Below, piece by piece: positions 8,884 through 17,512 of a stretch of 59,016 nucleotides of DNA; the stretch's first letter is position 1; each line of letters starts with the position of its first letter. The DNA lies in contig JAYZEG010000088.1 in assembly GCA_036337435.1 (NCBI GenBank), forward strand, positions 1-59,016, read 5' to 3'. The notes below the pieces were generated by a model. That model did not search any database. It was not told the DNA's origin and saw nothing but the letters and a program-made list of their open reading frames with translations. The stretch is from Myxococcota bacterium. GTDB taxonomy: Bacteria > Myxococcota_A > Bradymonadia > UBA7976 > UBA1532. Made by a program: the position numbers and the translations under genes.

Positions 8884-11085
8884 ATGAATAATCTACATAG
8901 CGATAATCAAGTGAAGCCGAGTCTGCTGGCAACATTACGAACGCGGATGCTGATCTTCGGCGCGGTGGGATTGGTTGCGAGCTGGATAGACGCAAATTTT
9001 GGGTCGTTAGGCGGCCTAAACACTGGATTGGCCATCGGCATGGGATTCGGCGCGGGCCTCTCCATTAGTCTCTACTGGACCCTACTCAGCGCGGTCACCA
9101 GCCGTCTAAATTGGCTTTTGAGTCTCGGCAGTTGGTTGGCCCCATCTCTTTTCGCAGGAGGGTATCTGGCCTATCTCCTGAATGCCTTTCTGCGACTCGG
9201 CAGTGAACATAACAGCCTCGCTTTGGTGACCATTATTGGGTGCCTCGGGGCCGGCGCAGGTGTCGGTTTACTCTCTTGGTTAATCGAACCTCGTGTGGGC
9301 AGCAAACATTGGACTCAAGAATTAGTCTGGCGACGATTCACAGTGCCTGTTGGTGCGTTTCTGTTGGGACTTGGGCTTGCACTCGTCATTCTCGAGCGAC
9401 GTGTTTTCGTCGGTCTTTATCCACAGGCTCACAAAGCCATATTGGTCATTGGGGTCTTTTCTCTGGCGAGTGGTTTGATTTTCCTCCTGAAGGAAAAAAT
9501 GCCAAGAATGATTCTCACGCGCCCCATTTGGTTGATTGGTTTGGCACTCTTGTTCAATTCGTTTATCGACCTTCACAAAGACAGCGATGATGAAATACAT
9601 GAACTTAGGCAGCGGCCCATCGTTAGTTTTTCGATGGATGTGCTTCGCAGCATGACCGATGTTGACCGGGACGATTACTCAAGTCTGTTAGGTGGGGGTG
9701 ATTGTGCCCCATTTAACCCCATGGTTAACCCTGGTATGCGCGAAATACCCGGCAACGGGATAGACGATAATTGTCGTCTTGGTGACATCGAGGTGAAACC
9801 GACCTCGACGGTGAAGCCCGGTGTTAAACCAAGGCCGATGGGACCAGAGACGTCCGGCTCGAGAGTGCCCGATACATCATTGGTGTTGATCACAGTCGAC
9901 ACAGTCCGTGCCGACCATCTCTCAATCTATGGATACAAACGACGGACGACACCGAAGCTGGAACGATTTGCCACCCGTTCGGTCATTTTCGACCGCGCAT
10001 ACGCCTCGAGCGCATGGACGAGCTTATCCATTTCATCAATGATGCGCGGTTTGTATCCACGTCGTCTTCAGTGGACGCCCGTCTATGAGACAAATAAGTT
10101 CCGGCTCATCGAAGATCCGGCCAGCGAGCTCAGAGAAGGCGAGAAGGTGCGGATCACATTTACCATGCCGCTCAATGATCCGCGACCAACGTTGGCGCAA
10201 CGCTTACAGGCGCACGGGCTTTACACAGCGGCGATTATCAACGACGGCTACGCGGAGTTCCTGAGCGAAAAAATGGGTGTCGCAGCGGGTTTTGATCGCT
10301 TCGAAAACATGGACGATCAGCCAAAACGAAAACGAACAGTGCGAGGCACTGTGAATCGCGCAATGAAAATCTTGAGGGAGATTCCGAAAGACAAGTACTT
10401 CTTCCTGTGGGTCCACATCTTTGGACCCCATGACCCCAGCACCAAGCACAAGGGCAGCCCCAAGTTCGGTACGTCTATAAAAGATAAATACGATCACGAA
10501 TTACACTATGCAGACGCCCAATTGGGTCGCCTTTTGAGTCGACTCAAAGTCATGGAGCGACAACAGCGGATTGCGACGGTGATCACCTCAGACCACGGTG
10601 AACTCTTTTTCAAGAAACGGCGGTATCATGGGGTAAACTTGCATGAGTCGAGTATTAAGATTCCATTGATCATACGAGCACCCGATTGGCCAGCTGGCCG
10701 AACGGAAACCCTCGCGAGCTTGGTGGACGTTATGCCCACGATGCTGTCTCTCGCGGGCGCACCCGCTGCCTCCGAGTCCGATGGTGACAATCTGGAGCCC
10801 TATGTGTTTGGGACTGAGCCTCACAAGGACCGAATCCGGTTTGCTGAGACCTGGTATCTCTCCAAAGATGGCACGCCCAAAAAAGATATGGTGGCGGCTT
10901 TTGATGGTCGTTACAAAGTGGTTCACAACCGACTCAAGAGCTATACAAAGGTTGTCGATCAAAATGATTTAAAGCGAAGACCCAAGAACATTGGACTCAA
11001 GTCGACACAAGCCAAACGAATCAACAAAAAGCTCGAAGAGTATATTGAAGCAACCAGTGGTCCAATTTGGCCACCGGACAAATAG
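8884..11085 (+). CDS. Membrane-anchored sulfatase-like hydrolase/transferase (alkaline phosphatase superfamily) with MopE-like metal-binding motif
   Basis: About 7 N-terminal hydrophobic helices; DVDRDDY...GGDC...PGMREIPGNGIDDNC motif; LITVDTVRADH, WTSLS, FLWVHIFGPH, TSDHGE, HG. Confidence 0.85.
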   Translation: MNNLHSDNQVKPSLLATLRTRMLIFGAVGLVASWIDANFGSLGGLNTGLAIGMGFGAGLSISLYWTLLSAVTSRLNWLLSLGSWLAPSLFAGGYLAYLLNAFLRLGSEHNSLALVTIIGCLGAGAGVGLLSWLIEPRVGSKHWTQELVWRRFTVPVGAFLLGLGLALVILERRVFVGLYPQAHKAILVIGVFSLASGLIFLLKEKMPRMILTRPIWLIGLALLFNSFIDLHKDSDDEIHELRQRPIVSFSMDVLRSMTDVDRDDYSSLLGGGDCAPFNPMVNPGMREIPGNGIDDNCRLGDIEVKPTSTVKPGVKPRPMGPETSGSRVPDTSLVLITVDTVRADHLSIYGYKRRTTPKLERFATRSVIFDRAYASSAWTSLSISSMMRGLYPRRLQWTPVYETNKFRLIEDPASELREGEKVRITFTMPLNDPRPTLAQRLQAHGLYTAAIINDGYAEFLSEKMGVAAGFDRFENMDDQPKRKRTVRGTVNRAMKILREIPKDKYFFLWVHIFGPHDPSTKHKGSPKFGTSIKDKYDHELHYADAQLGRLLSRLKVMERQQRIATVITSDHGELFFKKRRYHGVNLHESSIKIPLIIRAPDWPAGRTETLASLVDVMPTMLSLAGAPAASESDGDNLEPYVFGTEPHKDRIRFAETWYLSKDGTPKKDMVAAFDGRYKVVHNRLKSYTKVVDQNDLKRRPKNIGLKSTQAKRINKKLEEYIEATSGPIWPPDK

Positions 11086-11091
11086 GCAGCC

Positions 11092-13176
11092 TCATTTCAG
11101 GCCTAATTGCTTCGATAAATAAATATATTCGAGGGCAGTGCGTTCGGCCCGCTGATTTTGATTTGCACTGGCTGCATGGCCCCCATCGATATTTTCGTAG
11201 TAGTACACATCTTTGTTAAGTGAGAGCATTTTAGCGGCCATTTTTCTCGCATGACCCGGATGAACTCGATCATCTCGGGTCGACGTCACAAAGAAGATCT
11301 TGGGATAGTTTTTAGACGAGCTTAAGTTGTGATAGGGCGAATATTTCCTGATCACGGATGCCATTTTGGGGTCTGTTGGATCACCATATTCTGCCGCCCA
11401 ACTTGCCCCGGCAAGAAGCTTGGTATAGCGCATCATATCAAGAAGTGGCACCTGGCAGACAACCGCATTGAAGAGCTCCGGCCGCTGTGTCACGGTGGCC
11501 CCCACCAACAATCCACCATTGCTGCCGCCCATGATCCCCAACTGGGCAGATGTCGTGACCTTGGTCTTGATCAAGTCCTCGGCGACGGCAATAAAATCAT
11601 CAAATGCTCGCTGTCGGTTTTCTTTCTTAGCGGCAGCATGCCATTTGGGGCCAAATTCGCCACCGCCACGAATATTCGCCATCGCAAACGCACCGCCGCG
11701 TTCAAGCCACAGTTTTCCGACACTCGCCATGTATCTCGGGGTCAGGCTGATCTCGAAGCCACCATATCCATAGAGTAAGGTTGGTGTGCTCTCATCGGCT
11801 TTGTGACCCGCACCAAAAACGAGGAAATACGGAATTTCCGTACCATCGGCACTTTTTGCAAATCGTTGCTCGACCCGAACACCACGATTGTCAAAACGAG
11901 AGGGCAGTGTCTTGAGCTTTCTTGGCTTGGCGTCCCGGCTGACAGCCATCAGTGCATCGGGCGTGATGAAGTCTTCAAAATTGACGAAAATCGTATCTTG
12001 GAAAGCATCGCTGGACGTCACCCGCACGGCCCCATTCTTCGGCAGTTGAACTTGGGTTTGGATCCAGCTCTGCCCGCGTTTTTCTTGTCGAAAAAGAGTG
12101 CCTTTGACCGTATCCAAAACGGCGACATATACATCATTTTTGGTCATTGAGACAGAGGCGATACTCGCTCGGTCATCGGGTTCATAGAGTCGAGAAATAT
12201 GGCCAAGCTTGCCCGTCTTCAGTGGCGCGTATTCCAGTGCTAAGAGTGTGCCAGCTTGGTACGTTTCGCCGCGCACAGCCCATTGCTTTCGAAGCGAAAT
12301 CAGGAAAACGTCTTTGAAAACACCATGGGCTTTTGCGGATGGTGGAACGGGTAATTTCGTCGGCTCGACCCCCTGAGGTACAAAGTGAAGTTCGGATGTG
12401 AAAAATGTTGTCCCACGATAAACCATTTCGGTGGCGCCTTCTGGACGATGACTGACCCATGGCCAGACGCCAACGTCTTTACTTTCGCCTTCAAAAACAG
12501 TTTCTGCATCGTTTAACCTCGTTCCGCGTGTCCAGCGCTTGACGACGCGTGGGTATCCGGACTGAGTCAAACTGCCTGGTCCCCAATCAGTGCCGATAAG
12601 CAGGGTGTTAATATCGACCCATGCAGCCGCAGTTTTTGCTTCGGGAACAGAAAAACCATCTTTAACAAAGGCCCGCATATCCACATCAAATTCACGGATG
12701 GTCACGGCATCTTTTCCGCCGTCCGATAAGGAGATCATGCATCGAGAGTGATCGGGTGGTAGGCACTTGGACCCCTTGAAAACCCAATTTTTTTTCTCTT
12801 TCTTCGCCAGTTCATCGAAATCGAGTAGTGTCTCCCAACTTGGATTCTCGGTTTGATAACTGGCCAGCGTCGTTCGACGCCAGATGCCTCGCACATGGAC
12901 TTTGTCTTGCCAGAAATTATAAACATAGTCTCCCCGGAGTGCGCCGTAGGCAATGCGATCCGTCGCAGTCAAAATCGCCGTCGTCTTTTCGAGGAAATCT
13001 TGATAGCGCGGATCTCCTTTCAGCTCTTTTAGGGTAATCTCATTTTGTTTTTTGACCCAGTCGAGTGCTTTGGGGTCATCGACACCTTCCAGCCATTGAA
13101 AGGGATCTTTTTGACCGTTTTGAGCCATTGTATTTGATCCTAATATTAAGAAAAACGTGATGCAGTGCTTTAGCAT
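11092..13176 (-). CDS. Prolyl oligopeptidase (S9A)
   Basis: DPFQWLE, LLYGYGGF, ANIRGGGEFG, GGSNGG nucleophile, DDRVHPGH, GGH. GGAGAGG RBS before ATG 13176. Confidence 0.93.
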   Translation of the reverse strand: MLKHCITFFLILGSNTMAQNGQKDPFQWLEGVDDPKALDWVKKQNEITLKELKGDPRYQDFLEKTTAILTATDRIAYGALRGDYVYNFWQDKVHVRGIWRRTTLASYQTENPSWETLLDFDELAKKEKKNWVFKGSKCLPPDHSRCMISLSDGGKDAVTIREFDVDMRAFVKDGFSVPEAKTAAAWVDINTLLIGTDWGPGSLTQSGYPRVVKRWTRGTRLNDAETVFEGESKDVGVWPWVSHRPEGATEMVYRGTTFFTSELHFVPQGVEPTKLPVPPSAKAHGVFKDVFLISLRKQWAVRGETYQAGTLLALEYAPLKTGKLGHISRLYEPDDRASIASVSMTKNDVYVAVLDTVKGTLFRQEKRGQSWIQTQVQLPKNGAVRVTSSDAFQDTIFVNFEDFITPDALMAVSRDAKPRKLKTLPSRFDNRGVRVEQRFAKSADGTEIPYFLVFGAGHKADESTPTLLYGYGGFEISLTPRYMASVGKLWLERGGAFAMANIRGGGEFGPKWHAAAKKENRQRAFDDFIAVAEDLIKTKVTTSAQLGIMGGSNGGLLVGATVTQRPELFNAVVCQVPLLDMMRYTKLLAGASWAAEYGDPTDPKMASVIRKYSPYHNLSSSKNYPKIFFVTSTRDDRVHPGHARKMAAKMLSLNKDVYYYENIDGGHAASANQNQRAERTALEYIYLSKQLGLK

Positions 13177-13408
13177 CTGGACCTCTCCGATTTCACCGTG
13201 AACGTCATAGCGTATCGAAACAGGTTCAGAGTGCTGTTTCAAGCCTCGGCGGGTGGTGAGTCAGTGACCGTTCGATGAACCGTTGTCGTTTGGATAACCG
13301 TTGGACTTTCGACGGGGCGTTGCATCCATCTCAGCGACCCGCTCGCGCCCTGAAAGATTGCGAAGTCAAATCAATGGAGTGGGTGTCTCGTCTGGGCGAA
13401 CCGATGTG

Positions 13409-14911
13409 TTATGGATCTTGGTCTAGCGGGGGCTGTGCATCGAGACCACCGCCATCCTCAGTGTTACTGACACCCGCGTCAACCACGTTTGGGCCTTGAA
13501 CTGGGGTACAAAGCCCATCGCGACAACTTTGGCCGTCTTCACAGCGCGAGGCGAGTGAAACGGTGCGCCCACAATTGTCTATGTTGACGACGTCTTGAGG
13601 GTCTTGTCCGCAGCCCTCGGTCCAGGTGAGCCAGCAAACGCCGGTCTGACTACATTGAAAGCCGTCTGGACAGCGTGCGTCTGGATCTTCGGCGCAGTCT
13701 GATTCCTCGACACATACTTTCGGGACATCTGGATAGTTACTATAGCCCCGACATCTAAAACCCTGTGCGCAATCTCCATCGTCAATGCATTCTGCGCAGA
13801 GTACGCCTGAGCCAAGACATCGACCATCTGCACAATCAGCCGTCTCACGACACTCATTGGCCCTCACAACACGTCGTTGGCATGTGTCGTGTTGCCAGAC
13901 ATCTCCATCGTCTCCGCAGAGCGGTGTCCAGGTAAGCCAGCACACGCCTGATTGGCTACATTGCAATCCCTCTGGACAGGTCACTGCGTCATCATCATTA
14001 CAATCCGATTTTGGAACACAGACCATCGGCAAATGGTCATAGTTTGAGTAGCCTCGGCACAAATGGTCTGCATCACAGTCGCGATCGCCTGCGCAGTCAT
14101 CACACAAACGACCAGAACCAACACAGCGGCCTGCACTACATTGACCACCAGGGCCGCAATCCTCCGCCACACCAATGGTACGTCCGCAGCTGTCGATGCT
14201 CCAAGATTGACCACCCTGACATTCCCTCGACCAGGTGAGCCAACAGACACCGTTGTCATCACAGCGAGTGCCTTCGGGACAATCTGAGTCAGCACGACAG
14301 CCTCCGAGCACACAGACCCGTCCAATGTCTGGGTAACTGCGATAACCTAAGCATCTGTATCCAGTCGAACAGGAGGAATCATCCGAGCATGGGGCGCATA
14401 GTTCACCCGGTTGGACACAGCGTCCATCGGCGCAGACCTGTTCTCCTGAACAAAGCTCGCCTTCATCGAGTATGCCATCACAGTCGTTGTCGATTCTGTC
14501 ACAACGTTCTGGTCCGGGCGTACAATCCGCTGACGTACACCGTCCATCTCGACACACTTGTCGATCGCCACACGTGTCTATGGGATAGACCGGTTCGCCG
14601 CAATCGTTGAATCGGTAGACATCGTTGCCGTAGCATCCGCGCGTTCCTGATCCCGTCGTGGCGCAAACACATAGGCCGTCCTCGCACACTTCCTGTGAGT
14701 CACAGTTTGTTTTTCTCTCACCTATGACGCCGCAGGAATCGATCCATGTCGGGTGTCCGTCGACGCAGCGTGTGGTCGTTTGTTGGCGACATGCTTGCGT
14801 GGTTCCATCGTCCGCTGCCGGAGCTGCATCGGGGCGGCTTGTTGAGCCGTCGCGCCCTTGGCTACACGCCGCGAGACAAGATAGAGCGAATAGACTCATG
14901 AAGCGCATCAT
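13409..14911 (-). CDS. Cysteine-rich repeat lipoprotein
   Basis: Lipobox LAAC; MopE-like PGPERCDRIDNDCDG; three ~100-aa repeats with 14 Cys each, containing GY..Y and GVCWLTW. GGGAG RBS before ATG 14911. Confidence 0.75.
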   Translation of the reverse strand: MMRFMSLFALSCLAACSQGRDGSTSRPDAAPAADDGTTQACRQQTTTRCVDGHPTWIDSCGVIGERKTNCDSQEVCEDGLCVCATTGSGTRGCYGNDVYRFNDCGEPVYPIDTCGDRQVCRDGRCTSADCTPGPERCDRIDNDCDGILDEGELCSGEQVCADGRCVQPGELCAPCSDDSSCSTGYRCLGYRSYPDIGRVCVLGGCRADSDCPEGTRCDDNGVCWLTWSRECQGGQSWSIDSCGRTIGVAEDCGPGGQCSAGRCVGSGRLCDDCAGDRDCDADHLCRGYSNYDHLPMVCVPKSDCNDDDAVTCPEGLQCSQSGVCWLTWTPLCGDDGDVWQHDTCQRRVVRANECRETADCADGRCLGSGVLCAECIDDGDCAQGFRCRGYSNYPDVPKVCVEESDCAEDPDARCPDGFQCSQTGVCWLTWTEGCGQDPQDVVNIDNCGRTVSLASRCEDGQSCRDGLCTPVQGPNVVDAGVSNTEDGGGLDAQPPLDQDP

Positions 14912-15108
14912 GACCACGACTCCCAAGCAAAAAATCGAAACAGCATGAACCGTCGTTATTGTTGTAACAAATCAACGGATTTTCAAGGCATCGGCAATGG
15001 CAATCAGCAACTGTGGCTTTGATGGCTTACTTAGATTTAAATTGAATCAAAAATGATCAAAATATAATAATAAATTGAATTTTTATTGATTTTTATCTTT
15101 AATTTGTT

Positions 15109-15124
15109 TGGCACGGTCGGTGCA
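15109..15124 (+). promoter_or_regulatory. sigma54 (-24/-12) promoter of the LysM gene
   Basis: TGGCACGGTCGGTGCA matches TGGCACG-N4-TTGCW with exact GG-N10-GC spacing, preceded by a very AT-rich tract. Confidence 0.7.
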
Positions 15125-15179
15125 TTAGTCGGTTTTGTCACAATGGAGTGGCTCTGAAAAATACCCCAGGAGGTATCTC

Positions 15180-15842
15180 ATGAACCGTTTAAATATTTTG
15201 ATTGTCGCCGCGTGCTCCCTTTTACTCTACACGTCAAAGGTACAAGCTAAAGATGGACTGAGTCGCGAGACTGATGGAGGGGTTTTAAGCAGCCTGAAAA
15301 AAACCAAGCCCTCCACGGACTTTTTGTCCGATATGCCCGAGTTGGTCGAGGTGAGGATTCGGCACGGCGACAGTTTGTATGAGCTGGCGAAATGGTCAAA
15401 CACGCAAATCGATATCATCGAAAGCCTGAATGGTGTCGATACAAACGATGAACTGACCGTTGGTGGCGGTCTGCTCTTGCCCATGACAAAGACAGAGCAG
15501 GTCGAGTTCAAGAACAAACGCTCATTATCCGTCGAGTCGAAGCGCGAGCGATATCTCTTGCGACACGGTGGTTTGAGCCAGCTTAAGTCTCACCGACTTA
15601 AACAGGGTCAGACCGTCTGGCGCATTGCACGCGAATCTGGAGGAATCCCACTTTGGTTGGTGCAATCATATAATCCGGAGGTCGACTTGAATCGGGTTCA
15701 AGTTGGACAGAGCATCGTCATTCCGGTCCTGGGATCGACATCCAACATGACGGACCCGGATTCACCGACGGAGCCAACAGATCAAATGGATGTGGAGGGC
15801 GAGTTTGACGACGTTGATATCGATGAGGAATTTGGATGTTGA
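15180..15842 (+). CDS. Secreted LysM peptidoglycan-binding protein (two LysM domains)
   Basis: AGGAGG RBS; signal peptide ending VQA; GDSLYELAK...LN...L.VG..LLLP and GQTVWRIAR...NP...VQVGQSIVIP; acidic tail. Confidence 0.82.
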   Translation: MNRLNILIVAACSLLLYTSKVQAKDGLSRETDGGVLSSLKKTKPSTDFLSDMPELVEVRIRHGDSLYELAKWSNTQIDIIESLNGVDTNDELTVGGGLLLPMTKTEQVEFKNKRSLSVESKRERYLLRHGGLSQLKSHRLKQGQTVWRIARESGGIPLWLVQSYNPEVDLNRVQVGQSIVIPVLGSTSNMTDPDSPTEPTDQMDVEGEFDDVDIDEEFGC

Positions 15843-15897
15843 GTCAGAGACCTGTATTCAAACCAACATCGGTCTCAACACACCGCCGCAGATGAAC

Positions 15898-17055
15898 TCA
15901 CGAAGCCAGATAGTCAGATAAGCGAGAAATAACAGCATCGGTAACGGCTGTCATCGATGCTGCTTTCTCATCGCCAACGAGATCGTATGTGAGTGGATGG
16001 CCCGTTTTGAGTAGTTCTTTGATCGCTCTCTCGATCGCGTCTCCGCCCCGAGTCAGGTCGGCATCGGTCTTTCGCTTGCCCAACCAGCGCAAACCCTCAG
16101 CGGTTGACATCAGCATCGCGATAGGATTCACCTTGTCCTTACCCGCATGGCGGGGGGCTGAACCATGGATTGGTTCAAACATCGCGTAGTCGTCTCCCAC
16201 GTTACAGCCGACAGCCATACCCATTCCACCTTGGAGAACACTGGCGAGGTCGGTGACGATGTCGCCAAACATATTGGTCGTAACCAGAACGTCATAGTAT
16301 TCCGGTTGTCCGATGAGCCACTGCGTAAACGCATCGATGATGGCCACGTCTTGCTCGACTTCTGGATAGTCCTTCCCGATTTCTTGAAAAATTTCATAGA
16401 AGAATCGGCAACCGCTCAACACATTGTTCTTCACGATGCACGTCACGCGTTTCTGACCGTCTTTCGGAGCACCATTTCTTTGCATGGCGATTTCGAATGC
16501 CATTCTAATGACGCGCTCCGATGAATCTCGTGTGATGATTCGAGTATCGCTTGCCACTTGGCCTATTCCGCCTGGCCGAACGACACCACCGATGCCTGAA
16601 TAAAGGCCTTCGGTATTTTCTCGGAGAAAGACCATGTCAACATTTTTTGCATCCCAAACATGCTTACGTTCCCCCGAAATACGAGTCTTCACCCCATCGA
16701 ACAGCTTAACCGGACGAACATTGGCGTACAGATCGAGATTTAAGCGGTTGCCGATAACAGGTGAGTAGCCGGCCATTTTTCCATTGGTCATCGTCACTGG
16801 ACCTGTACCGTCTGGCGAGGGCCATCCAACAGCACCAAGCAAGATGACGTCCGCCGCTCTGCAGCGCGCTTCTGCATCATCAGGCCAGTCTTTCCCATGC
16901 TCTAAATAGTACTGACCACCGCAGGGGATCTCGTCGATCTCAAAGCCAATACCGAGTTGTTCGCCCAGCGCTTTCAATGTCCGCTTTGCTTGTTCTGCAA
17001 CCTCAATACCGGTTCCATCTCCGGGAAGAAGTGCGATCTGGTAGGATTTTGTCAT
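15898..17055 (-). CDS. Isocitrate/isopropylmalate/tartrate dehydrogenase family beta-decarboxylating dehydrogenase
   Basis: LPGDGTGIEV, LGAVG, LDLYANVRP, RENTEGLY, NMFGDIVTD, FEPIHGSAP, NPIA. GGAG RBS before ATG 17055. No leu genes nearby, so substrate uncertain. Confidence 0.88.
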   Translation of the reverse strand: MTKSYQIALLPGDGTGIEVAEQAKRTLKALGEQLGIGFEIDEIPCGGQYYLEHGKDWPDDAEARCRAADVILLGAVGWPSPDGTGPVTMTNGKMAGYSPVIGNRLNLDLYANVRPVKLFDGVKTRISGERKHVWDAKNVDMVFLRENTEGLYSGIGGVVRPGGIGQVASDTRIITRDSSERVIRMAFEIAMQRNGAPKDGQKRVTCIVKNNVLSGCRFFYEIFQEIGKDYPEVEQDVAIIDAFTQWLIGQPEYYDVLVTTNMFGDIVTDLASVLQGGMGMAVGCNVGDDYAMFEPIHGSAPRHAGKDKVNPIAMLMSTAEGLRWLGKRKTDADLTRGGDAIERAIKELLKTGHPLTYDLVGDEKAASMTAVTDAVISRLSDYLAS

Positions 17056-17247
17056 GTACTTTCTCCGCTGTGCAACATCGGCAGCACTAAACCAGATCGA
17101 CTGACCAAATAGCAACCTCCATCGAAGCAGAACGGGCTCCCGAACGGAGGAGCTGGCCATTTTACGAGCACGCTACGGGCCGGTATCGATATGGCTTAGG
17201 TGGGCGCCAGGACCCTTGTATTCGAGTTATTTTTTTTGGGGTGACTA

Positions 17248-17382
17248 TTAGCGCAGAACGAGGATAAGGCCACCCATGATCAGGGCGAGCAGGATGAGCA
17301 GGTTGAACAGATCATCCCAGCTCATCTCATCATATTGGCCAAAAAGCACTTTACCCAGGAATTGGAAAAAACTTTTAAACAC
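17248..17382 (-). CDS. 44-aa small membrane protein (below the ORF-track cutoff)
   Basis: GAGGG RBS, GTG start, MFKSFFQFLGKVLFGQYDEMSWDDLFNLLILLALIMGGLILVLR, tandem TAA TAG stops. Confidence 0.55.
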   Translation of the reverse strand: MFKSFFQFLGKVLFGQYDEMSWDDLFNLLILLALIMGGLILVLR

Positions 17383-17512
17383 GAGTCCCTCGGCGATGCA
17401 GCGTTTACACAGGCCTAGAGATAAGTGAGACCGATACTCAGTTGCTCAGGCACGTGAGATCAGATTAGACCTGTTTCACTGTCTAAACGCCAGGCATCTT
17501 TTAACCGTGGAC

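Noticed and set aside
13268..13303. Three ACCGTT hexamers in the intergenic region
   Set aside because: Short and irregularly spaced; not distinguishable from chance.
14942..14953. 12-mer AGCATGAACCGT identical to part of the sigma54 box at 18997-19008
   Set aside because: Lacks the -24 GG. ATGAACCGT also occurs at 13275 and 15180, so coincidence is likely.
15898..17055. Calling this gene leuB
   Set aside because: Family motifs are clear, but substrate specificity cannot be read by eye and no leu genes are adjacent.
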